A stretch of 64,000 bases of DNA, from assembly GCA_013152535.1 (NCBI GenBank), contig JAADGE010000027.1, positions 37,916 through 101,915 on the forward strand, in the 5' to 3' direction. This document shows, piece after piece, positions 56,342 through 64,000 of the stretch. Position numbers and translations under genes: made by a program. The notes under the pieces are model-generated. The model saw only the letters and a list, made by a program, of their open reading frames with translations, was not told the origin of the DNA and ran no database searches. Numbering within the stretch: the first letter of the stretch is position 1; the number at the start of each line of letters is the position of its first letter. The DNA comes from Chlorobiota bacterium (GTDB lineage Bacteria > Bacteroidota > Bacteroidia > Bacteroidales > JAADGE01).

Positions 56342-57607
56342 TTATTTTACAATCATCCGAATCTTCTCAATTTTCGGTTCGTTAATTTCAATAACTTCAA
56401 ACAAATATTTTTCTGTTTCTATAATTTCATTTATTTGAGGAATTTGTTCGAATAAAAAGAAGATATATCCTGCCAAGGTCTCAAATTCTTCGGATTCCGG
56501 AAATTCAAATTTATATTTTTCATTTAAATAATCAATCTCAATTCTGCCGGAAAAAATATATTCTTTTTCATTAATTTGTTGTTCTGTATATAGGTCAGAA
56601 TCGTGTTCATCTTTTATCTCTCCGAAAATTTCTTCAATAATATCTTCCATTGTAACAATCCCTGAAGTGCCTCCGAATTCATCAACAACCAATGCAACAC
56701 TTTTATGTTCTTTAAGTAATTTATTCAGTAATTTGTTTGCTTGCATAGTTTCCGGAACAATCGGTATATCGGATAATGCAGCTTTTATGCTTTTTGATTG
56801 CTTAAATACGGCTAAAGTATGCACATAACCGATTATGTTGTCAATATTATCTTTATAAATGAAAATTTTTGAAAAGCCGGTTTCAATAAACTTGCTTTTT
56901 ACAGCTTCAATTTCGGAAAGAATATTTTCGGCAATAATTTCGTTTCTCGGAATCATACATTCTCTGACCTTTGTTTCCGAAAATTCCAAAGCATTCTTAA
57001 AAATTTTTACATCACCTGCATTTTCAATTAATTCATTCTCAATATCTTCTGTCTCAGCTAAAAAATAATCTAAATCAACTTTTTTTAAACTTTTTTTCCC
57101 TTGTTCAAAATGTATTTTTTGTCCTTTAAAAAAAGAAATAAACCAAACAGAAAACCAAACACTGAACTTGGCGACGGGATATAATAAAACATAAAATATT
57201 AATACAGGAAGAGCTAATTTTGAAAGAAAGAAGTTTGAATTTTGTTTGAAAATTGTTTTAGGTAAAAATTCAGCAGTTACTAAAATCAGTATTGTCGAAA
57301 GTAAAGTTTGAAAAATAAGAATAACGATATCGTTAGAACTTATCAACTGTACAATATAAGGTTTAATAATTCTTGCAAAAAAAATACCGTAAACAACCAG
57401 TGCAATATTATTTCCGACCAGCATTGTTGATATGTACTGTCCCGGATTATCAGTAAAAATATTGATTATTTTTGAGTATGTATTCTTTTGTTTTTTGTCA
57501 ACTTCTATTTTAAGTCTGTTTGCCGAAACAAAAGCAATTTCCATTCCGGAGAAAAATGCAGATAAAATCAATGATAATAAGATAAATATAAGTCCGGAAG
57601 TTAACAT
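56342..57607 (-). CDS. CNNM/DUF21-CBS-CorC_HlyC family transporter-associated protein (GldE/hemolysin-like)
   Basis: It has an N-terminal 4-TM DUF21 domain (FFSGMEIAFVS), a CBS pair (VRECMIPRNEI, ALVVDEFGGTSGIVTMEDIIEEI) and a C-terminal CorC domain. Confidence 0.85.
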   Translation of the reverse strand: MLTSGLIFILLSLILSAFFSGMEIAFVSANRLKIEVDKKQKNTYSKIINIFTDNPGQYISTMLVGNNIALVVYGIFFARIIKPYIVQLISSNDIVILIFQTLLSTILILVTAEFLPKTIFKQNSNFFLSKLALPVLIFYVLLYPVAKFSVWFSVWFISFFKGQKIHFEQGKKSLKKVDLDYFLAETEDIENELIENAGDVKIFKNALEFSETKVRECMIPRNEIIAENILSEIEAVKSKFIETGFSKIFIYKDNIDNIIGYVHTLAVFKQSKSIKAALSDIPIVPETMQANKLLNKLLKEHKSVALVVDEFGGTSGIVTMEDIIEEIFGEIKDEHDSDLYTEQQINEKEYIFSGRIEIDYLNEKYKFEFPESEEFETLAGYIFFLFEQIPQINEIIETEKYLFEVIEINEPKIEKIRMIVK

Positions 57608-57707
57608 ACTTTTATATTATTAAACTGTAATTATTAAATTGAATTTTAGATTATAAATTATAAAATTAAAATATTTCTGTTAATTTTGTTAGATAATTTG
57701 TAAATTA

Positions 57708-59330
57708 ATGAAGAATTCGTATATCAAAAAAATAAAGATGCTTGAAGAAGAAAATTCCCGGCTTCATGAAGAATTAAAATTTATGAAAACGGATTTAAAG
57801 CTTTTATATAAAAGATATTCCGAGATTTACAATTCTGTTCCTATTGGTATTTTGTTGTTTAATAGTGATTTAAAAGTCATTGATACTAATAATACATTCC
57901 TGAAAATATTTAATATTGAGTCATCTGACATTATTAATTTTAATTTAGCCGAAATTTCGGATAAACGAATTCTTCCGTCTTTTTTGCAAGTAAGAAAAGG
58001 ATTTGAAGGATTTTATGACGGTGAATACCGAACCACTTTTAAGAATTTAGATTTATATATTTCGGTTCATACAAAACCCTTTACTTTTGAGTATGATGAT
58101 GAGATAATCCGGGGCGGAATAGCCTTATTTAAAGATATTACAGAACATACTCTTGCTGAAGGAGCAGTTAATAAATCTTACGATACATTTCAACGAGTAA
58201 CCGATAATGTGAATGCGGTAATCTATGTAATTGACCCGGAATCATTCAGAATCCTTTTTATGAACACTAAAGCCAATGAAGTTTTCGGAGAAAAGGTCGG
58301 GGATATTTGTTATCAGGCTTTTTTCGGGCGAACATCTCAATGCGAAACTTGTCAGGTAAAAACTCTTAAAGAAAAAAGAACTCAGATTGGTATATTTTCT
58401 GAAACAGAATATTTTGAAAAACAAACACAAAAATGGTTTCAAATGTCGTACGGTTATATCGAATGGATTGATAACAGAAAAGTAATGCTTCTGACTTCTA
58501 TTGATATTACCGAAGTTAAAAATGCTCAAAAAAAATATATCAAACAAAGTAAAGATTTTGAAAATGCTTTAAAGAAACTTACTGAACAAAATGAACGAAT
58601 AAATATACAAACGGAAGAATTAAAAGTTTCAAGTGCTATCAAAGATACTATGTTTTCGATTATTGCACATGATTTAAGAGGACCTGTCGGAAATATAACA
58701 ACGGCATTAGACATCATCAGAGATGATATTGAGGAACTTACTAAAACCGAAATCCTTGAAATTGTTAAACCGCTGAGGAATTCAGCAAGTGCGGCATATA
58801 ACTTATTGGTGAATTTATTATTCTGGGCGAAAAACGAAAGCGGTGAAACATTTTTTATTAAAGATGAAATTTTATTAAATGATATTATTGAAGATGTGTT
58901 AATCCTTTTCGGACCGAATATCGAATCAAAAAATATTAAACTGGAAAATAATATTAATACAGATTATTATCTTTCGGCAGATGAACATATGATAAATACG
59001 GTTATTCGCAATTTAGTGTCAAATGCAGTAAAATATACCAAAGAAGAAGGCCGGATTATTTTGGACATAAAGATTATTACGGATAAGACAAATAAAGATT
59101 ATTTGGAATTTTCAGTTCAAGATAACGGAATCGGTATTTCTCAGGAAAATATATCTAAAATATTGGATTCAAAAGAATTTTTCTCCACTTACGGAACAAA
59201 TAAGGAGAAAGGTACAGGCATAGGGCTTATTCTGATTAAGGATTTTGTGGAAAAACATGACGGTTGGTTTGATATTAAAAGTGAAAGTCAAAAAGGGACA
59301 AAAATTTCAGTTTTTTTACCGATAAATTAA
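57708..59330 (+). CDS. Cytoplasmic PAS-domain sensor histidine kinase
   Basis: It has a coiled-coil N-terminus and two PAS-like regions, the second carrying GDICYQAFFGRTSQCETCQV. The H-box is FSIIAHDLRGP. The N, G1 and G2 boxes are NLVSNAVKYT, QDNGIGI and GTGIGL. Confidence 0.88.
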   Translation: MKNSYIKKIKMLEEENSRLHEELKFMKTDLKLLYKRYSEIYNSVPIGILLFNSDLKVIDTNNTFLKIFNIESSDIINFNLAEISDKRILPSFLQVRKGFEGFYDGEYRTTFKNLDLYISVHTKPFTFEYDDEIIRGGIALFKDITEHTLAEGAVNKSYDTFQRVTDNVNAVIYVIDPESFRILFMNTKANEVFGEKVGDICYQAFFGRTSQCETCQVKTLKEKRTQIGIFSETEYFEKQTQKWFQMSYGYIEWIDNRKVMLLTSIDITEVKNAQKKYIKQSKDFENALKKLTEQNERINIQTEELKVSSAIKDTMFSIIAHDLRGPVGNITTALDIIRDDIEELTKTEILEIVKPLRNSASAAYNLLVNLLFWAKNESGETFFIKDEILLNDIIEDVLILFGPNIESKNIKLENNINTDYYLSADEHMINTVIRNLVSNAVKYTKEEGRIILDIKIITDKTNKDYLEFSVQDNGIGISQENISKILDSKEFFSTYGTNKEKGTGIGLILIKDFVEKHDGWFDIKSESQKGTKISVFLPIN

Positions 59331-59341
59331 AATTTTAACTA

Positions 59342-61561
59342 TTGAAAATCTCGAAAAAAAAATATAATATTTTCATTTATATAAGCTTATTGTTATTGTT
59401 TATTTTTTTTGGTGATATATTAATTCTCAATTACTTAAAGAAAAATATTAATTCTGAAAATCGTATTGAAAATATTGAAAAACTTGAATCTGCAGAAAAT
59501 TTGATTTTTAAAAAAATTACCGATAATAAAGAGCGTCTTACTTCTTCTCAACGATTTATACGATTATTAACCGATCAAAATAATTTCTTTACAATTGATT
59601 CTCTAAATGTTGTGAAAATTTCGGCAAAAAGAAAAGATGAAAAATATAAAAAAACATTTTACATCCCGCACATAAAATTTAACAACAGTATTTTTAAAAA
59701 TTTCTCGGATTTCTCAGATAAAATATTGTATTTGAATAATACATATGCTGAAATTTGGCAAAAATACGGAACATACTTTATTCGAATTGCAAGTAGTAAA
59801 CCAAATATAAAAGATTATATCTTTATTCCTGAAAATGATGAAGTTGCAAAACTTTTTTTAACTAAAACAGCGGTTTTTGAGAAAATAAATTCTGAATTTG
59901 ACATTAATTATTCACTAAGTTTTCCTGTTTATCAAAACGGCAAAACTGTTTTCTTTGTAACACTCGAAAATAATGAAAACATTTTATCACAGATTAATAC
60001 ATTGTTAATAAATAAGAATGAAAAATTTCTTGTTGCAAATAAAAACGGGAAAATAATATTCGGAAAAAATAAAGCCGATAATATCCCTGATCTACTTAAT
60101 ATACATAAATATAGTATTGTTGACTTTAAAAGTCCTGAAATTCTGAAATTTAATACAGAAACTCTTTTAATTAAATACATACCCGAGCAAGAAATATATA
60201 TCGGATTAATTTTAAATAACAAAAAAAATAATACAGTTTTCGTAAAATCAGAACAAATTGTTTTTTTAATATCTTTTATTATTGCAGTAATTATAATTTT
60301 ATTTTTCATTTTATATAATTCCCGTCAGCGGAAAAAAGAACAAGAAATTCTGAAAGGCATAAAAGATATTTTGCCGCAGGAAAATGTCTCTTTTAAAACA
60401 TTTTATGAAACAAGTAATTTTTTAAAAAAATACCTGACCGAAATCAAGAAAATTGTTCAAAAAATTGCCGACGGTGATTATGAGGGAGCTAAAATTATTG
60501 ATGCACCGAAAGATGAAATCTTTTCAACTCTTTATGAAATAAACAATATATTTATTCAAATTAAACAAAAAGAAATTGAAAATCAAAAAGAACTGGAATT
60601 AAAAGCATCTCTTGATAAAACAGCTCTCCAAATATCTGAAATCCTTCAATATGCAACCGATTTAGATAATTTATCTTATAAAATTATTAAGCATATCGCG
60701 GAATTTGCCGGTGCCGAACAAATTGCAATGTTTGTTATTAAAGAGGATTTGAATAAAAATAAATCTATGCAAATGACGGCAAGTTATGCTTATTCAAAGC
60801 AAAGAACTGCACATAAAGAACTTGCTGTTGATGAGGGTTTAACAGGAAGAGTATTTTTGGAGAAGAAAACAATTTTTCTTACCGAGATTCCGGATAATTA
60901 CACTTTTATTGAATCAGGATTTGGTTTTCAAAAGCCAAATTATTTATTAATAATTCCTCTTATTTTTAATAATAATGTTCAGGCAATTCTCGAACTCGGC
61001 AGTATTAATCTCATAAAAGATTATCAAATTAAATTTATTGAACAAACAGGTGAAAATATTGCTTCTACAATTGCGAATTTAAAGCATTCCCGACAAACTG
61101 AAATGCTGTTAAATCAAACGAGAGAACAATCTGAGCAAATTGAAAATCAAAGAAAAACACTTGAAGAAAAAATCAATACACATCGCAAACAAAACAGAAA
61201 TCTTGATAAAGAAATTCTGCAATTAATTGAGATTATTGATTCTATAAAATCGGTTTCTTATTTAATTGAATATGATTTAAAAGGAAATATTATTGATGTC
61301 AGTAATAAAATGATTAACAGTTTTGATGCCGGAAAAGGTTTTTTTATCTCAAAATCTCATAAGGATATTATTGTAAATGAAAAATATAACGAAATATACA
61401 GAAACTTTTGGGATGATTTGGCTTCAAATAAAATACATTATATTGAAGAAATATTAAAAGCTGAAAATAAAGAAGTTGTATTCAAACAAACCTATGTTCC
61501 CATTAGAAATGTAAGGAGGAAAATATACAGAATTTTATCAATCGGAATCGTTAAAGAATAA
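59342..61561 (+). CDS. Membrane sensor protein: extracytoplasmic domain, TM, HAMP-like, GAF, coiled coil, C-terminal PAS; no output domain
   Basis: It has a TTG start 11 nt after the kinase stop. There is an N-terminal anchor and a second TM segment (LISFIIAVIIILFFILY). The GAF-like core is EGLTGRVFLEKKTIFLTEIPDNY...LIIPLIFNNNVQAILELGS. The C-terminal PAS-like block is IEYDLKGNIIDVSNKMI. Confidence 0.75.
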   Translation: MKISKKKYNIFIYISLLLLFIFFGDILILNYLKKNINSENRIENIEKLESAENLIFKKITDNKERLTSSQRFIRLLTDQNNFFTIDSLNVVKISAKRKDEKYKKTFYIPHIKFNNSIFKNFSDFSDKILYLNNTYAEIWQKYGTYFIRIASSKPNIKDYIFIPENDEVAKLFLTKTAVFEKINSEFDINYSLSFPVYQNGKTVFFVTLENNENILSQINTLLINKNEKFLVANKNGKIIFGKNKADNIPDLLNIHKYSIVDFKSPEILKFNTETLLIKYIPEQEIYIGLILNNKKNNTVFVKSEQIVFLISFIIAVIIILFFILYNSRQRKKEQEILKGIKDILPQENVSFKTFYETSNFLKKYLTEIKKIVQKIADGDYEGAKIIDAPKDEIFSTLYEINNIFIQIKQKEIENQKELELKASLDKTALQISEILQYATDLDNLSYKIIKHIAEFAGAEQIAMFVIKEDLNKNKSMQMTASYAYSKQRTAHKELAVDEGLTGRVFLEKKTIFLTEIPDNYTFIESGFGFQKPNYLLIIPLIFNNNVQAILELGSINLIKDYQIKFIEQTGENIASTIANLKHSRQTEMLLNQTREQSEQIENQRKTLEEKINTHRKQNRNLDKEILQLIEIIDSIKSVSYLIEYDLKGNIIDVSNKMINSFDAGKGFFISKSHKDIIVNEKYNEIYRNFWDDLASNKIHYIEEILKAENKEVVFKQTYVPIRNVRRKIYRILSIGIVKE

Positions 61562-61563
61562 AC

Positions 61564-63813
61564 GTGAAATTTAATAAAAACATATCAGTTAAAAATTTAT
61601 TAATTCGCTCTGTTTTAATCATATTTATTTTGGTTGTCGGAATTATTTCTGCAGTTTCAATTTATATTTTTTCTGAGAATAAGAGAAATGACGAACGAAA
61701 ATATTCAAAAACACTTATTCAGAAACAAGTAGAAAAAATCTCATTTCAATTTGAAAAAGCTGTTTTATTAACTCAATTAATTTCTGAGAACAGCCAATTT
61801 TCTGCAGAAGATTCAATTTTATTAAGAAAATACTTCAGCAAAATATTAAAATCAAGAAAAGAAATATCCGACTTGTATTTTTATAAAGGGAACTTAAATT
61901 CTTTTATTGATAAAACTGAAAATGCAGTACAAGATTCGGATAATAATTCTATAAATTTAACTGTAAATAAAATAGGGGATAAGCTGTTTTATTCTTCTTA
62001 TGTTACCGGTAATTTTGATTTAGTTTTGAGCAATATTGATAAAATTATTACCGATAAGGGAATTTTTATTTCAGAACCTTTCAAAATTAAAAAAAAGAAA
62101 AAAACTGAAAATATTATTAATATCACAAGTTACGTTATTTTGAAAAATAATGTTATCTGTTTTATATCAATAAATTTTAAAATAAATGAACTCGCAGAAT
62201 ATACAGGAGTTGATAATTCGATAAATTGCAATTTTATTCTGTTATCACCCGCAAAAAATATTATAGCAAGTACGCTGAGTCAACAAAACATCGGAAAAAA
62301 TATTTTATCTCTGAACGGCGAAGAACGTTTTATATATGATAATGCACTTTCAAATGAATCGAATTCCAATTCTCATATTTCCGAATTAACTGTTAAGAAT
62401 ACCGATAAAACTTTTAAGTTGCTGAGTGAGTGTAATATGCCTGTAGATAAAAAAAGTCATTCGTTTTTTATTTTATTCATAATTATTCTGTTTGTATTAG
62501 TTGTTACCGGAATTATATTGATTTATTTCATTATTAATAAATCCCTTTTACCGCTAAAAAAAATTACTGAAATAAGCGATAAAATAAGCTCCGGGAATAT
62601 GAATGTTTTAAATACGGAAAATTTAAATAAAGATTATAAAATTATTGCTGAAAATCTAAAAAAAATTACTTTTAAAAATACGGAAATTATAAATTTTGCT
62701 AATCATATTTCTGCCGGAAACTATGAATCATACATCAATCCGAGTTCTGAAGAAGATAAAGTTTCAAATTCTTTAAATAACATCAGTTCTCATTTGAGAG
62801 AGGAAAGAAATAAACGTAATAAGGAAGAAAAAGAAATTGAAAGACAACTGTGGATGAGAAAAGGACGTTTCGAAATTTCAGAAGCTGAAAGATTCAGTTC
62901 TAAAGATATTACAGAGTTGTCATTTAATATTATTCGGTCATTGGTAAATTATACCGATGCATTGATGGGGGGTATTTATCTTTTTGATGAAGAACAAAAA
63001 AATATTGAACTTGTTGCTGCTTATGCTTACGAAAAACAAAAACACTTTAATGCAAATTTCAAACCCGGGGAAGGCATCGTAGGAGCCTGCATTTTAGAAA
63101 AGAAAAAAATTATATTAAATAATATTCCCGACGATTATATTAAAATAGCAACCGGCTTGGGTAGCGGAACACCTTCTGTAATTGCTGTAGTTCCAGTATT
63201 TTTTAAGAATAAAATTAATGCCGCAATAGAAATTGCTTTTTTAAAAAAGCCGGAAGATTATATTATTGAATTTATTGAGCAATTAAGCGATAGTATCGGA
63301 GCATGGATTGATGCATCATTGATTTCAACTAAAACAGCTGAATTGTTAACTGTTTCACAAGAACAAACTCAAAAACTTGCAGAAAAAGAAGAAGAATTAA
63401 ATAAAAAAGTAATTGAATTACAAAAAATTAAGGAAAAAACAGACGAAATTAATGTACGGTATAAGAGTATGCTAAATGCTGTTAACCAAACAATTATGAC
63501 AGTAGAATATACTCCCGACGGAACTATTATAAACTGTAACGAAATTTATACCGAAATAATGGGCTTTACCGCCGATGAAATTAAAGGAAAAAATGTAACG
63601 GAAATCGTAAAAGACCAGTCCGAAAGTTTAAAAAACATCATACAAGAAGTCAAAACCGGAAAATCCCTTAAGCGAGAAGTTATACGTTATACTAAAAACG
63701 GTGAAAAAAAACAACTTACCGCAACTTATACACCATACTATAATAAAGAAGGTGAAATTTCCCGAATTTTATTTTTTGCTTTTGATATTTCAAATATTGA
63801 TAATAAACAATAA
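61564..63813 (+). CDS. Paralogous membrane sensor protein: extracytoplasmic domain, TM, HAMP-like, GAF, coiled coil, C-terminal PAS; no output domain
   Basis: It has a GTG start 2 nt after the preceding stop and the same architecture. The GAF core is EGIVGACILEKKKIILNNIPDDY...AVVPVFFKNKINAAIEIAF. The PAS block is VEYTPDGTIINCNEIYTEIMGFTADEIKGKNV...FFAFDISN. Confidence 0.75.
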   Translation: MKFNKNISVKNLLIRSVLIIFILVVGIISAVSIYIFSENKRNDERKYSKTLIQKQVEKISFQFEKAVLLTQLISENSQFSAEDSILLRKYFSKILKSRKEISDLYFYKGNLNSFIDKTENAVQDSDNNSINLTVNKIGDKLFYSSYVTGNFDLVLSNIDKIITDKGIFISEPFKIKKKKKTENIINITSYVILKNNVICFISINFKINELAEYTGVDNSINCNFILLSPAKNIIASTLSQQNIGKNILSLNGEERFIYDNALSNESNSNSHISELTVKNTDKTFKLLSECNMPVDKKSHSFFILFIIILFVLVVTGIILIYFIINKSLLPLKKITEISDKISSGNMNVLNTENLNKDYKIIAENLKKITFKNTEIINFANHISAGNYESYINPSSEEDKVSNSLNNISSHLREERNKRNKEEKEIERQLWMRKGRFEISEAERFSSKDITELSFNIIRSLVNYTDALMGGIYLFDEEQKNIELVAAYAYEKQKHFNANFKPGEGIVGACILEKKKIILNNIPDDYIKIATGLGSGTPSVIAVVPVFFKNKINAAIEIAFLKKPEDYIIEFIEQLSDSIGAWIDASLISTKTAELLTVSQEQTQKLAEKEEELNKKVIELQKIKEKTDEINVRYKSMLNAVNQTIMTVEYTPDGTIINCNEIYTEIMGFTADEIKGKNVTEIVKDQSESLKNIIQEVKTGKSLKREVIRYTKNGEKKQLTATYTPYYNKEGEISRILFFAFDISNIDNKQ

Positions 63814-63862
63814 CTTTGTTGCATATTATCAAATTATTTATTAAATTTATAAAAAATATATT

Positions 63863-64000
63863 ATGAATACAGAAACCTCATATCTCGGATTAAAACTGAA
63901 AAATCCTTTAATTGTAGGAAGCTGCGGATTAACAAATTCAGTTGAAAATATTAAAGAACTTGCAAATAACGGAGCAGCTGCCATTGTATTAAAGTCAATA
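63863..64000 (+). CDS. Dihydroorotate dehydrogenase-like protein, 3'-truncated by the window edge
   Basis: MNTETSYLGLKLKNPLIVGSCGLTNSVENIKELANNGAAAIVLKS matches the N-terminus of class 1 DHOD-like/dihydropyrimidine dehydrogenase-like TIM-barrel proteins. Confidence 0.6.
   Translation, partial: MNTETSYLGLKLKNPLIVGSCGLTNSVENIKELANNGAAAIVLKSI

Noticed and set aside
1-64000. Search for CRISPR arrays, tRNA/rRNA genes, reverse transcriptases, integrases at islet borders and known defence operons
   Set aside because: No regularly spaced direct repeats were found, and no intergenic gap has tRNA-like conserved arms. No RT (YxDD), tyrosine or serine recombinase, or Cas-like ORFs were seen. All gaps over 150 bp were read by eye on both strands.

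Overview
This is an AT-rich chromosomal segment that looks like a Bacteroidota genome. Supporting signs are a type IX secretion (T9SS) type-B cargo gene with a PorP/SprF partner, TAnnTTTG-type promoter boxes, signal peptides cleaved just before Gln, a TPP-riboswitch-controlled TonB receptor and an rnfBCDGEA operon. About 60 protein genes are tightly packed and most are housekeeping: ddl, dprA, tdk, rplU-rpmA, serS, a CCA-adding enzyme, the Rnf complex, peptidases and envelope proteins. I found no rRNA, tRNA, CRISPR array, reverse transcriptase or recognisable multi-gene defence operon.

The accessory or unusual parts are:
- A 1244-bp IS element with perfect 18-bp terminal inverted repeats and a frameshifted transposase (1041..2284).
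- A decaying type II restriction-modification (R-M) pair: an intact D12-class adenine methyltransferase beside a partner gene killed by one in-frame TGA (12826..14445).
- A small variable islet with a stand-alone HsdR-N-type PD-(D/E)XK protein, a gene remnant and a pentapeptide-repeat protein (30.8-33.2 kb).
- An L21 ribosomal protein fused to a Lys/Glu-rich linker and a helix-hairpin-helix domain.
- A tightly packed operon of one PAS histidine kinase and two paralogous sensor-TM-GAF-coiled-coil-PAS proteins with no output domain (57.7-63.8 kb).

I see no clear-cut new system. The last three items are the best candidates for something undescribed, and each needs database and structure searches that I cannot run here.
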